Part shown: positions 45,185 to 53,290 of the stretch, one piece after another
Layout of the letters: each line of letters opens with the position of its first letter
Numbering within the stretch: the stretch's first letter is position 1
Notes under the pieces: generated by a model
Told to the model about the DNA's origin: nothing
The model's input: only the letters and a program-made list of their open reading frames with translations
Database searches by the model: none
Program-made: the position numbers and the translations under genes
Assembly (NCBI GenBank): GCA_001799565.1
Contig: MGTS01000021.1
Location: 192,785-256,784 of the forward strand
Length of the DNA: 64,000 nt
Direction of reading: 5' to 3'
From: Elusimicrobia bacterium GWA2_51_34
GTDB taxonomy: Bacteria; Elusimicrobiota; Elusimicrobia; Elusimicrobiales; UBA9959

Positions 45185-46270
45185 ATGGAAACTGTGCCAA
45201 AAAAAGAAAGACTGCTGCTGATCTTTGGCTTTACCCTGTGCGCGGCCCTGCTTACGGGGCATTATCTTTCCGGCTTGTCTCGAAACCTTGCCGCCGGCCG
45301 AGACCTTTCAGTAGCGCTGATCGGCGGCAATGCGCCGATGGTGTTTGTTTATCATTCCTTTTCAAAAACTGTGACTGCCGTGCACCTGCCCCGCGAGCGG
45401 TGGAGAAGCGGCGGCTCAAACTATCAAAAAGCCTGCGCGGCGCTGGCCCTGGTTTCCGGCGGACCGCAGGTTCAACGGGAAGATGTTTTTTACCTGGCGC
45501 CGGACGCGCCGGGGGTTGATTTAAGCGCCTTTTATGAAACTTTAAATTCGTGGCGTTCACGGCCCAGGCTGGTTTTAAAAGCCGCGCGCTGGCTGTGGCG
45601 GCTGAAAAAAGAGGAACGAACCAATATCTCTTTCCATGATCTGCTGCTCACGGTTCTTGAATTGTCGCGCCTTAACTCCTCCGACTTTGTTGTTACCGAT
45701 TTTGAACGCGGGGCCGGCCCAAAACCGCAGGCGGACGGTTCAGTCGCGGACAGCGCCAGAGGCCCGCGACAGGCCAGTGTCACAGTCGCGGACAGCGCCA
45801 GGCCGGATGATAGCGCCAGAGGCCACCGGCACGCCGGAGGCAGAAGCCCGCGACAGGCCAGTGTCACAGTCGCGGACAGTCCGCCTAAGGCGGAACAGGC
45901 CCCGCACTTTGGCCCTTTCGGAAAAAGTGCGGGGCAGGCCGGTGTCTTCCCCACACCAGCGGCACGTGTGGGGGCGGTCATACGGGTAGAGGTGTTAAAC
46001 GCCTCCGGCAAAAAAGACCTGGCCATGCAGGTTACCAAATATCTCCGTAAAAAAGGTTTTGACGTAATTGATTTCGGCACTTACACGGGTACCGGGAAGC
46101 TTACAAAAATAGTAAACTGTTCTGGCAATGTGGCCGCCGCCAAAGCCGTTCGTTCGGCTTTGGGGCTTACCGCGCTTGAAATATATTCCAAGTTTGAAGC
46201 GGGCAATGTCGCTGAAGTTTCGGTGATCCTTGGCGAGGATTTTAATGAAGAGATAATAAAAAGTAGATAA
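45185..46270 (+). CDS. Membrane-anchored LytR_C-domain protein with a repeat-derived linker
   Basis: It has an N-terminal TM helix and a C-terminal LytR_C-like domain (IRVEVLNASGKKDLAMQVTKYLRKKGFDVIDFG...VILGEDF). The linker (aa ~185-255) is encoded by palindromic repeats. Confidence 0.7.
   Translation: METVPKKERLLLIFGFTLCAALLTGHYLSGLSRNLAAGRDLSVALIGGNAPMVFVYHSFSKTVTAVHLPRERWRSGGSNYQKACAALALVSGGPQVQREDVFYLAPDAPGVDLSAFYETLNSWRSRPRLVLKAARWLWRLKKEERTNISFHDLLLTVLELSRLNSSDFVVTDFERGAGPKPQADGSVADSARGPRQASVTVADSARPDDSARGHRHAGGRSPRQASVTVADSPPKAEQAPHFGPFGKSAGQAGVFPTPAARVGAVIRVEVLNASGKKDLAMQVTKYLRKKGFDVIDFGTYTGTGKLTKIVNCSGNVAAAKAVRSALGLTALEIYSKFEAGNVAEVSVILGEDFNEEIIKSR
45742..45899. repeat. In-CDS repeat block: 33-nt unit CCCGCGACAGGCCAGTGTCACAGTCGCGGACAG twice (45763-45795 and 45847-45879, 84-nt period), plus H2 hairpin 45880-45894
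   Basis: The units contain inverted repeats GTCGCGG/CCGCGAC and CGCGAC/GTCGCG. The H2 core tccgcctaaggcgga is flanked by ACAG on both sides. Confidence 0.8.
45900..45934. mobile_element. H1 hairpin element inside the LytR_C-protein CDS, flanked by CAGG(C) direct repeats
   Basis: aaCAGG[ccccgcactttggccctttcggaaaaagtgcgggg]CAGGcc. Element plus duplication is 39 nt, or 13 codons, translated as ..APHFGPFGKSAGQ.. Confidence 0.65.
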
Positions 46271-46290
46271 ATGCTCAGGGGGTTTTTATT

Positions 46291-47364
46291 ATGGATCTGG
46301 TAACTATACTCGGCGCTGCGGTGCAACAGGGTGCGTCTGACATTCATATCTGCGCCGGCAAGCCGCCAATGATGCGCCTTAACGGGCAGATAATGCCGGT
46401 AAACGCGAGTTTGGCTCCGCTTAAAGCGGAGGAAACAAAGTTGCTGGTGTATTCCGCGCTGTACGACGAACAGCGGGCTAAGTTTGAAGAGAATTGGGAA
46501 CTGGACTCTTCTTTCGCCGTGAAAGGCGTGTCCCGGTTCCGCCTGAATGTTCTTATCACAAGAGGCGGAGTGGACGCGGTAATGCGCGTTATTCCCTCCA
46601 TTATTCCGACTCCCGAGCAACTGGGCCTTCAGCCGACCATAGTAAATCTTTCCACCCTTCCAAAAGGGCTGGTGCTGGTTACCGGTCCCACCGGCTCCGG
46701 CAAATCCACAACGCTTGCTGCCATTCTGGACCTTATAAACCAGAAGAAAAAAGGCCATATCCTTACCATAGAGGATCCGATAGAATTCACCTACGAAAGC
46801 AAGGAATGCATAGTCCGTCAGCGCGAAATAGGCCAGCATACGAAGTCTTTTAACAACGCGCTCAGGGCCGCCCTGCGCGAGGATCCTAATGTTATTTTAG
46901 TCGGCGAAATGCGCGACCTTGAAACTATTCAGCTGACTATCACCGCGGCGGAAACCGGCCACCTGACGTTCGCCACCCTGCACACGCAGGACGCCCCTTC
47001 AACTATAGACCGCATAATAGACGTTTTTCCCCCTCATCAGCAGACGCAGGTGCGCGTGCAGCTGGCGGCTTCGCTGCAGGCGGTGGTGTCGCAGCTGCTG
47101 CTGCCGCGTATGGACGGAAAAGGCCGCGTAGCCGTGCGCGAGATAATGGTTATGACGCCGGCTATAGCGAATCTTATACGCGAAGGCAAGACGCACATGA
47201 TTTACAGCGCCATAGAAACCGGCGCCAAGTTCGGCATGATTCCCATGGATAAGGCGCTCTCAAACCTGGTAGCGCAGAAACTGATATCTTTTGAAAGTGC
47301 GGTGGCCAAAGCGCATGACCAGGAAATGTTTAAAAAACTCTGCGGTATGGCGGGCGGTTTATGA
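46291..47364 (+). CDS. pilT: Type IV pilus retraction ATPase PilT
   Basis: 357 aa with Walker A GPTGSGKSTT, an Asp box, and the PilT signature GHLTFATLHT. Confidence 0.92.
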   Translation: MDLVTILGAAVQQGASDIHICAGKPPMMRLNGQIMPVNASLAPLKAEETKLLVYSALYDEQRAKFEENWELDSSFAVKGVSRFRLNVLITRGGVDAVMRVIPSIIPTPEQLGLQPTIVNLSTLPKGLVLVTGPTGSGKSTTLAAILDLINQKKKGHILTIEDPIEFTYESKECIVRQREIGQHTKSFNNALRAALREDPNVILVGEMRDLETIQLTITAAETGHLTFATLHTQDAPSTIDRIIDVFPPHQQTQVRVQLAASLQAVVSQLLLPRMDGKGRVAVREIMVMTPAIANLIREGKTHMIYSAIETGAKFGMIPMDKALSNLVAQKLISFESAVAKAHDQEMFKKLCGMAGGL

Positions 47365-48245
47365 CCGAGATCAGCGGGTTTAAAGACATAGCTATCTTTA
47401 AAAATTTCTCCGCAGAAATGCTGGAAGAATTTTCCAGGTATTTTAAGCTGATTTCCTACGCCCCCGACACTGTGGTTTTCAGGGAGAAAAGCGAAGGCGA
47501 CACTATTTTTATTATTATTTCCGGAGAAATTGTAATAGAAAAGCGGCTGGATGAGGAAGGCAAAGAATTCAAGCCGCTCGCCGTGCTGGCCAGGGGCGAA
47601 TTTTTCGGCGAGATGGCGGTTCTTGAGGACCAGAGCCGCACGGCGCAGGCAAGGGCTTCCAGGGAGACCTCGCTTTACGAGATAAAGCGCTCGGAGTTCC
47701 TTAGCTTTATTAAGGAACATCCTGAGACCGGCATAAGCGTTTTTATAGAGATAATGAAAGTGGTTTTACGGCGTCTGCGTCATACCTCAAATGAACTTAC
47801 CATGCTGTTTGATATGAGCCGGGTTATAATGGAAGAGCACACGTCCGCGGCGGCCTTTATGGCAAGGACGGTGGATGAAATAAGCATTTTTTTTGAGGGC
47901 TCCTGGAATATAAACGCCTATTCCTACAACAAGTTCAACGAGGAATACGAGCCGGCCGGGTCAAAAACAAGTTTTAACGAGCCCGCGGTTGTGGCGGCGC
48001 AAAGTTCGCCAAAAGACGGCTGGATTGACGCCCGGACCTACATAATGGCCTGTTCGCGCCGCGGAAAACCGCTAGGGTATGTCCGTTTTTCCAGGTCTTT
48101 GGATGTTTCAAGTTATGAAAAAAACAATCTCGGTACGATATTTAACACACTGTCATCCATTATCAGTTCCGCCACGGAAAATATTGAGCACCGCGTGGAA
48201 GCTGAAATGTTGCTTAAACTTAAAAATCAGAAACACCTTATATGA
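47361..48245 (+). CDS. Cyclic-nucleotide-binding domain protein with an uncharacterised (GAF-like?) C-terminal domain
   Basis: The N-terminal cNMP fold has GDTIFIIISGEIVI...RGEFFGEMAVLEDQSRTAQARA. Its ATGA start overlaps the pilT stop, and its own stop overlaps the rsfS start. Confidence 0.75.
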   Translation: MTEISGFKDIAIFKNFSAEMLEEFSRYFKLISYAPDTVVFREKSEGDTIFIIISGEIVIEKRLDEEGKEFKPLAVLARGEFFGEMAVLEDQSRTAQARASRETSLYEIKRSEFLSFIKEHPETGISVFIEIMKVVLRRLRHTSNELTMLFDMSRVIMEEHTSAAAFMARTVDEISIFFEGSWNINAYSYNKFNEEYEPAGSKTSFNEPAVVAAQSSPKDGWIDARTYIMACSRRGKPLGYVRFSRSLDVSSYEKNNLGTIFNTLSSIISSATENIEHRVEAEMLLKLKNQKHLI

Positions 48246-48805
48246 AAAACACAGAATTCAATCCTCTGGAGGTGCCGTCTCAAAGGCCTCTGGCCCTCAC
48301 AACGGCCAAAAAAATAGCTATTGAAGCCGCAAGGCTTGGCGACTCAAAAAAAGCGGAGAACATAGTAATTTATGAGCTGGGAAAAAACTCATCGCTCGCG
48401 GATTACGCGGTGCTGATGAGCGCCGATTCCGCCCCCCAGCTTGAAGCTGTGGAAGAAGCCGTGAACAAAGCGTTTAAGGATCGGGGCCTTTTTGTGCTTT
48501 ACAAGGAAGGCGGCTCCAGCCATGCCTGGAAAGTGCTGGATTACGGCGGGGTGCTTGTACATATTTTTGAAACCGGGGCCAGGGAATTTTACACTATGGA
48601 CCTGCTTTACGCCTCTTGCCCCCGGATACCCTGGCGTGAGGCCGCCGCCCGGCAAAAAATTGACGCAAAAAAAACCGTATCCACGGCCAAGCCCAAATCA
48701 AAACCGGCGACCGGAAAAAAAGCCAAACCTGCCGCGAAAAAGAAGACCGGTGCTGCCGCGCGCAAAAAAATTAAACCGGCAAAAAAGGCTTCCCGGAAAA
48801 AATGA
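48242..48805 (+). CDS. rsfS: Ribosome silencing factor RsfS (iojap) with a Lys/Ala/Pro-rich C-terminal tail
   Basis: The core has DYAVLMSADSAPQLEAVEEAV...WKVLDYGGVLVHIF. It is followed by a ~55-aa tail KKTVSTAKPKSKPATGKKAKPAAKKKTGAAARKKIKPAKKASRKK. Confidence 0.85.
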   Translation: MKNTEFNPLEVPSQRPLALTTAKKIAIEAARLGDSKKAENIVIYELGKNSSLADYAVLMSADSAPQLEAVEEAVNKAFKDRGLFVLYKEGGSSHAWKVLDYGGVLVHIFETGAREFYTMDLLYASCPRIPWREAAARQKIDAKKTVSTAKPKSKPATGKKAKPAAKKKTGAAARKKIKPAKKASRKK

Positions 48806-48820
48806 CCCCACTATTGTGCA

Positions 48821-48912
48821 AGGGTATAGGGTATAGGGTTTGGGGTATAGGGTTTGGGACAAGAAGTTTTTTATTTCTACCCTCTACCCTCTACCCTCTA
48901 CCCTCTGCCCTA
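48821..48912. repeat. Intergenic imperfect palindrome, word GGGTATAGG/CCTCTACCC
   Basis: Left arm is agggtatagggtatagggtttggggtatagggtttggg and right arm is ctaccctctaccctctaccctctaccctctgccc. Confidence 0.85.
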
Positions 48913-48926
48913 AAGAAGGTGGTGGG

Positions 48927-50537
48927 ATGAAACTGTCTGCGCTTGAAGCGGAACTGAAAAAGCGCGCCTTGCGCGCTTTCGCGCTTGACCAGAACCAGGC
49001 AGCCGCTTTCAGCCTTTGCGCCTCTCCGCCGCATATCCATTCCGACATCTCTGTAGCCTGGCCCATAGCGGCCGCGAAACTGCTGAAAAAGCCGCCTTTA
49101 AAAATAGCCGAAGAACTGAAAACGGCTTTGGAACCTGATTTTGAGGCGGGGATAGCCGCGCCAGGGTTTGTAAATATAAATCTAAAAAATGAATTACTTT
49201 TTGAGGCGCTAAGGGGCATCGTTTCGGGGCCCGCTTATTTTAAAAACCCGGAGCGCGCGGGTCAGAAAATAAACATAGAGTTTGTTTCCGCCAATCCCAC
49301 CGGGCCGATGCACCTGGGCAGCGGCTGTGGAGCGACTCTTGGCGACAGCCTGGCCCGTATATTCCGGACTCTTGGCGCGGATGTCTCCACTGAGTATTAC
49401 GTTAACAACGTGGGCAGGCAGGTTGAGCTGCTGGGCCTCTCGCTGAGGGCCCGTTTAGAAGGCAAGGAGCCGCCTGAAGACGGTTACCAGGGCGAATACC
49501 TTAAGGAACTGGTTGCGGTGATGCCGGGGGAAGCCGCCAGTTGGACAGACGCGCAATTCTCGGAATATGCTGTGACGGAGATGCTGAGTCTTCATAAGGC
49601 CGACATGAAGGCTTTCGGTGTGAATTTCAACCGCTGGTTCCTGGAGTCGGAACTGCATGCGGCGGGCGGGCCTGCCAAGGCACTGGCCGCTTTAAAAGAG
49701 CGCGGTATGGTTTACGAGAAAGAAGGCGCGGTGTGGTTCGGCGCGGCCTCGGAGCTGAAGTCCGACGACAAGGACCGGGTGTTGGTGAAAGCCGACGGGC
49801 GCAATACTTATTTTCTCAACGATATCGCCTACCACCTGAACAAATTTTCCCGCGGTTTCACGCGCCTGATAGATATCTGGGGGGCCGACCATCACGGTTA
49901 CGTCTCGCGCATGGAGGCGGCGGTGGGCGCGTTGGGAGGAGGCAAGGGGGGCTTCAAGGTAATAATACACCAGCAGGTGGCGCTGAAGCGCGGCCAGGAA
50001 CTGATCAAGATGTCCAAGCGCGCCGGCAATTTCATCCCGCTGAAAGAGTTGGTGGAAGAAGTAGGCGCCGACGCCTGCCGGTTCTTTTTTGCCATGCGCG
50101 GCCCCAACACGCACTTGATTTTTGATATAGACCTGGCGAAAAAACGTTCAAACGAGAACCCGGTTTACTATGTGCAGTATGTGCACGCGCGTATTTGCTC
50201 AATTTTCGCTAACGCCGCAGAAAAAGGCGTGGATGTTAAGGCCGGTTTTGAGGAAGCTGAAATAACTTTTAATCCGGAAGAGCGCGCCCTGATTTTAAAA
50301 CTCCTGTGGTTTGAAAAAACGCTTGAAACCTGCGCCGAAGACTTTTCCCCCCACTATCTTACAACCTACCTCACCGAGCTTTCGGCGTTGTTTCATTCCT
50401 TCTACACAAAGCACAAGGTGCTTGTCCCCGAGCAACCGCAAACCACGGCCATGCGGCTGTTCCTGCTTAAAGCCGTAAAAACCGTGATCTCGGACGGCCT
50501 GACCCTGCTTGGTGTTTCCTCCCCCGAAAAAATGTGA
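48927..50537 (+). CDS. argS: Arginyl-tRNA synthetase
   Basis: It has the HIGH-type ANPTGPMHLGS and KMSK-type KMSKRAGN motifs. I chose the start at 48927 (GAAGGTGG RBS) because the ORF-track start lies in the palindrome. Confidence 0.93.
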   Translation: MKLSALEAELKKRALRAFALDQNQAAAFSLCASPPHIHSDISVAWPIAAAKLLKKPPLKIAEELKTALEPDFEAGIAAPGFVNINLKNELLFEALRGIVSGPAYFKNPERAGQKINIEFVSANPTGPMHLGSGCGATLGDSLARIFRTLGADVSTEYYVNNVGRQVELLGLSLRARLEGKEPPEDGYQGEYLKELVAVMPGEAASWTDAQFSEYAVTEMLSLHKADMKAFGVNFNRWFLESELHAAGGPAKALAALKERGMVYEKEGAVWFGAASELKSDDKDRVLVKADGRNTYFLNDIAYHLNKFSRGFTRLIDIWGADHHGYVSRMEAAVGALGGGKGGFKVIIHQQVALKRGQELIKMSKRAGNFIPLKELVEEVGADACRFFFAMRGPNTHLIFDIDLAKKRSNENPVYYVQYVHARICSIFANAAEKGVDVKAGFEEAEITFNPEERALILKLLWFEKTLETCAEDFSPHYLTTYLTELSALFHSFYTKHKVLVPEQPQTTAMRLFLLKAVKTVISDGLTLLGVSSPEKM

Positions 50538-50583
50538 GTTGTTAACCAGGAGCGATGTGTTTTGGTCTGTGAGCGGGCGCTTT

Positions 50584-51120
50584 TTACTTGTGACCTGTGA
50601 CATGTGTCTTGTGACTTGTATTGTGCGCCTTGCAGCTTGCCTGGGCCAGCAGGAACAGGTAATCGGACAGGCGGTTAAGGTAAACGGCGCAGGGTCTGGC
50701 TTTTTTTACATGCCAGGTGAGTATTTCGGCTGAGCGGCATCTCGCGCGGGCTAAATGCAGCACGGCTTCGGCTTCGTTTCTACCCGGGGTCATAAAAGAT
50801 TTAATTTCAGGCAGGTTTTCGGACAGGCAGGCTATTTCTTTTTCAAGCCTGCGGGTTCCGGATTCAATTATTTTTAAATTATCAGCCCCGGCTATATGGG
50901 CGGAAAGCAAAAACAAGGTTTTTTGCTCGCCTTGAAGCCCTGCCCGCTCCCTGGCGGCCGGACCTTTCAATGTTCTGGCAAGACCAAGCCAGGCGCTCAG
51001 CTCATCTATAAGGGCGTTTGCCTTAACGCGCACATCGGTTTTTAAAACCCGTCTGCCCAGAAGCAGGCCGGTTGTGCCGTCATCGCCTCTGCCCATGGCC
51101 GGTTTAAATTTTTTTGGCAT
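50584..51120 (-). CDS. PduO-type ATP:cob(I)alamin adenosyltransferase
   Basis: 178 aa with GRGDDGTTGLL and helical-bundle sequence. The C-terminal tail ..HNTSHKTHVTGHK is encoded by TGTGAC/GTCACA repeat words. Confidence 0.8.
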   Translation of the reverse strand: MPKKFKPAMGRGDDGTTGLLLGRRVLKTDVRVKANALIDELSAWLGLARTLKGPAARERAGLQGEQKTLFLLSAHIAGADNLKIIESGTRRLEKEIACLSENLPEIKSFMTPGRNEAEAVLHLARARCRSAEILTWHVKKARPCAVYLNRLSDYLFLLAQASCKAHNTSHKTHVTGHK

Positions 51121-51196
51121 ATCCTTTTATTTTACAAATATTTTACGGCTTCATATCCCGAACCGGCGGCATTTTTAGCGGCTTTTGCGGCAGACT

Positions 51197-51205
51197 TGCT
51201 ATAAT
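51197..51205 (+). promoter_or_regulatory. Extended -10 promoter element TGcTATAAT
   Basis: The element lies in cagacttgctataatctac, about 20 nt upstream of the nfu start and inside the longer ORF-track reading frame. Confidence 0.5.
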
Positions 51206-51226
51206 CTACTTAAAACAGGAGGGCCC

Positions 51227-51451
51227 GTGAAAAAAGACATTGAAAAGGTGATAGAGCAGATAAAGCCCATGCTGGAGGCCGATGGCGGCTCGGTGGAGCT
51301 TGTAAGTGTGGATGAAACGAAAGGCGTGGTGACAGTGAAGCTTACCGGCGCCTGCGGTTGCTGTCCGCATGCCGCCATGACCCTGAAACACATGGTGGAA
51401 AAGAAGATAAAAGAGGAAGTGCCGGGAGTAAAAGAAGTTCTGGCAGGCTGA
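51227..51451 (+). CDS. nfu: Nfu/NifU C-terminal-domain Fe-S carrier protein
   Basis: 74 aa with ML.ADGGSVELVSV....VTVKLTGACGCCPHA. It has a GTG start after AGGAGG. Confidence 0.85.
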   Translation: MKKDIEKVIEQIKPMLEADGGSVELVSVDETKGVVTVKLTGACGCCPHAAMTLKHMVEKKIKEEVPGVKEVLAG

Positions 51452-51460
51452 GCAATTGCT

Positions 51461-51612
51461 CAGGTTGTCAGGTTCACGGTTCAACGGTTCACAGTTTCCG
51501 CCGGGGGAGGACCCGCCGGCTGTTTTGCGGGCACGGTTATTTTTTCACGATCTTTTTATGTTCCCTGGTTCCCAACCGTTGAACTATTGAACCGTTGAAC
51601 CGTGAACCTTGG
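51461..51612. repeat. Intergenic imperfect palindrome, word GGTTCA/TGAACC
   Basis: Left arm is caggttgtcaggttcacggttcaacggttcacag and right arm is ccaaccgttgaactattgaaccgttgaaccgtgaacc. Confidence 0.8.
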
Positions 51613-51628
51613 TCGTTACATCTTCCTT

Positions 51629-52441
51629 ATGTTCCCGCTTATAAATCTTCACAACCATTCCACTCACTCCGACGGCACGCTTGAGCCCGGCGCCCTGGCC
51701 CGCGAGGCTGCCAGGGCCGGCATAAAGTATTTTTCGCTCACGGACCACGACACGGTTGGCGGCTGGGCGGAAATAGAGCCGGCTTTAAAAGATGCCGGCA
51801 TAAACTACTGCCGCGGAGTGGAGCTTACCACAAATTTCCACGACAACCTCCATATTTTGGGCTATGGAGTGGATATTTTAAACCCGGAATTTCTTTCAGG
51901 GATGGCGGGCTACAGGCAAAAAAGGCTGGAGCGCCTGAAAAAGATCGTGGGCCTGCTGCGCGCTCAAGGACTGGATGTCAATTTTGAAGAGTTGCCCGCA
52001 GACGCCGGCCGCACCGTGGGGCGCCCGCACATAGCGGAGCTGCTTAAAAAGAAAGGTATAGTTAAAAGCCGTAAGCAGGGTTTTCAGCAGTATATCGCCT
52101 CCGGCCGGCCCGCCTACGTGCCGCCGTCCGGGCCGGAGGTTGAAGACGCCATACGCGCAGTGAAAAAGGCCGGTGGGCTGGCCGTGCTGGCGCATCCGGG
52201 TGTTGTAAAAGATGTGCTGGACCTGCCCCGCTGGAAGGACGCGGGTCTTGACGGCATTGAGGCCTTTTATCCGGCGCATACCAACGTTTTTACGCGCGAA
52301 CTTGTCACGCTTGCCGCGCGCTACGGCCTTTTAGTTACCGCCGGCGTGGATTTTCACGGCCCCGGTACGGACCGCGACAAAATGTTCGGGTTTGAATACA
52401 GCGAAGAAATGTTTAAGGGGATCAAAAAGGCGTTTGTGTGA
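51629..52441 (+). CDS. PHP-domain phosphoesterase (TrpH/YciV-like)
   Basis: It has INLHNHSTHSDG, LTDHDT, and AHPG motifs. I prefer the ATG at 51629 over the GTG at 51602, which lies in the palindrome. Confidence 0.8.
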   Translation: MFPLINLHNHSTHSDGTLEPGALAREAARAGIKYFSLTDHDTVGGWAEIEPALKDAGINYCRGVELTTNFHDNLHILGYGVDILNPEFLSGMAGYRQKRLERLKKIVGLLRAQGLDVNFEELPADAGRTVGRPHIAELLKKKGIVKSRKQGFQQYIASGRPAYVPPSGPEVEDAIRAVKKAGGLAVLAHPGVVKDVLDLPRWKDAGLDGIEAFYPAHTNVFTRELVTLAARYGLLVTAGVDFHGPGTDRDKMFGFEYSEEMFKGIKKAFV

Positions 52442-53172
52442 AAATAATAGCTCATCGCGGGGCTTCAGGCTATGCTCCGGAAAATACGCTTAAAGCTTTT
52501 GAACTGGCCGTTAAAATGGGCGCCCGTGATTTTGAGTTTGACATACACCGTACTAAAGACGGCATTCTGGTGGTGCACCACGATTATGACCTGAAGCGGA
52601 CGGCCGCGAAAGAGGCCAAAATAGCGGAGCTCGCATACGAGGAACTTAAAAAAATAAATGTGGCCGCGCATTTCGCCAAAAACCCGTCTTTCCAGCGGAC
52701 GCCACGGCTTGAGGAGGTGCTGGATATTATAGAGCCGGCCGCGCGCTGGCTGAATTTTGAGATAAAAAATGACGGCAATGTCTACCCCGGAGTAGAGGAA
52801 CAGCTGCTGGCTTTTCTGAGAAGCAAGCCCGGACTTTTTGAAAAAGCGGTGGTTTCCAGTTTTGATCAGGGTACTGTCAGGCGTTTTCGCGAGCTTTCGC
52901 CGGAACTGCGGCTGGCCTATTTGAGCCATGGTTTAAGCGCTATGCTGCTTACGCCGGCTCTTAAAAAAGCCAAAGCTATCGGTGCGGTGAACTTCCACAT
53001 CAATTTGCGCCTGGCTTTCAAGCTTAATGTGGCTAAAATAAAAAAAGCCGGTTTCCGCGTCTGCGTTTATACGGTAAATAACAGTAAAGACGCCCTGCGT
53101 ATGAAAGAAATAGGAGCGGACGGTATTTTCAGCAATTATCCGGATATAATGACTAGATGCGTAGATGCGTAG
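52438..53172 (+). CDS. glpQ: Glycerophosphodiester phosphodiesterase
   Basis: IAHRGASGYAPENT, and FEFDIHRTKDGILVVHHD. The GTG start overlaps the preceding stop (GTGA). Confidence 0.85.
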   Translation: MKIIAHRGASGYAPENTLKAFELAVKMGARDFEFDIHRTKDGILVVHHDYDLKRTAAKEAKIAELAYEELKKINVAAHFAKNPSFQRTPRLEEVLDIIEPAARWLNFEIKNDGNVYPGVEEQLLAFLRSKPGLFEKAVVSSFDQGTVRRFRELSPELRLAYLSHGLSAMLLTPALKKAKAIGAVNFHINLRLAFKLNVAKIKKAGFRVCVYTVNNSKDALRMKEIGADGIFSNYPDIMTRCVDA

Positions 53173-53270
53173 AGGCAAAGATGCAAAGAGGAAGGAAAAT
53201 AGAAATTCAGGGGATTCCCATTTCCAAACTGCTACGCATCTAAGTTGCTACGCCTCTGGACTGCTGCGCA
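53153..53270. repeat. Imperfect palindrome, word GATGCGTAG/CTACGCATC
   Basis: Left arm is tagatgcgtagatgcgtagaggcaaagatgcaaagagg and right arm is ctgctacgcatctaagttgctacgcctctggactgctgcgcat. The left arm overlaps the last codons of glpQ. Confidence 0.8.
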
Positions 53271-53290
53271 TTCAACTAACTACCAATTTT

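Noticed and set aside
46081-46839. 252-aa minus-strand ORF, together with 45532-46080 and 45252-45560
   Set aside because: These are antisense to pilT and to the LytR_C-protein gene. They have no motifs and overlap better-supported genes.
51480-51540. Intrinsic terminator after nfu (ccgccgggggaggacccgccggctgtttt)
   Set aside because: On checking, the apparent arms are not complementary (CCGCCGGG versus CCCGCCGG). A T-run exists but I could not verify a stem.
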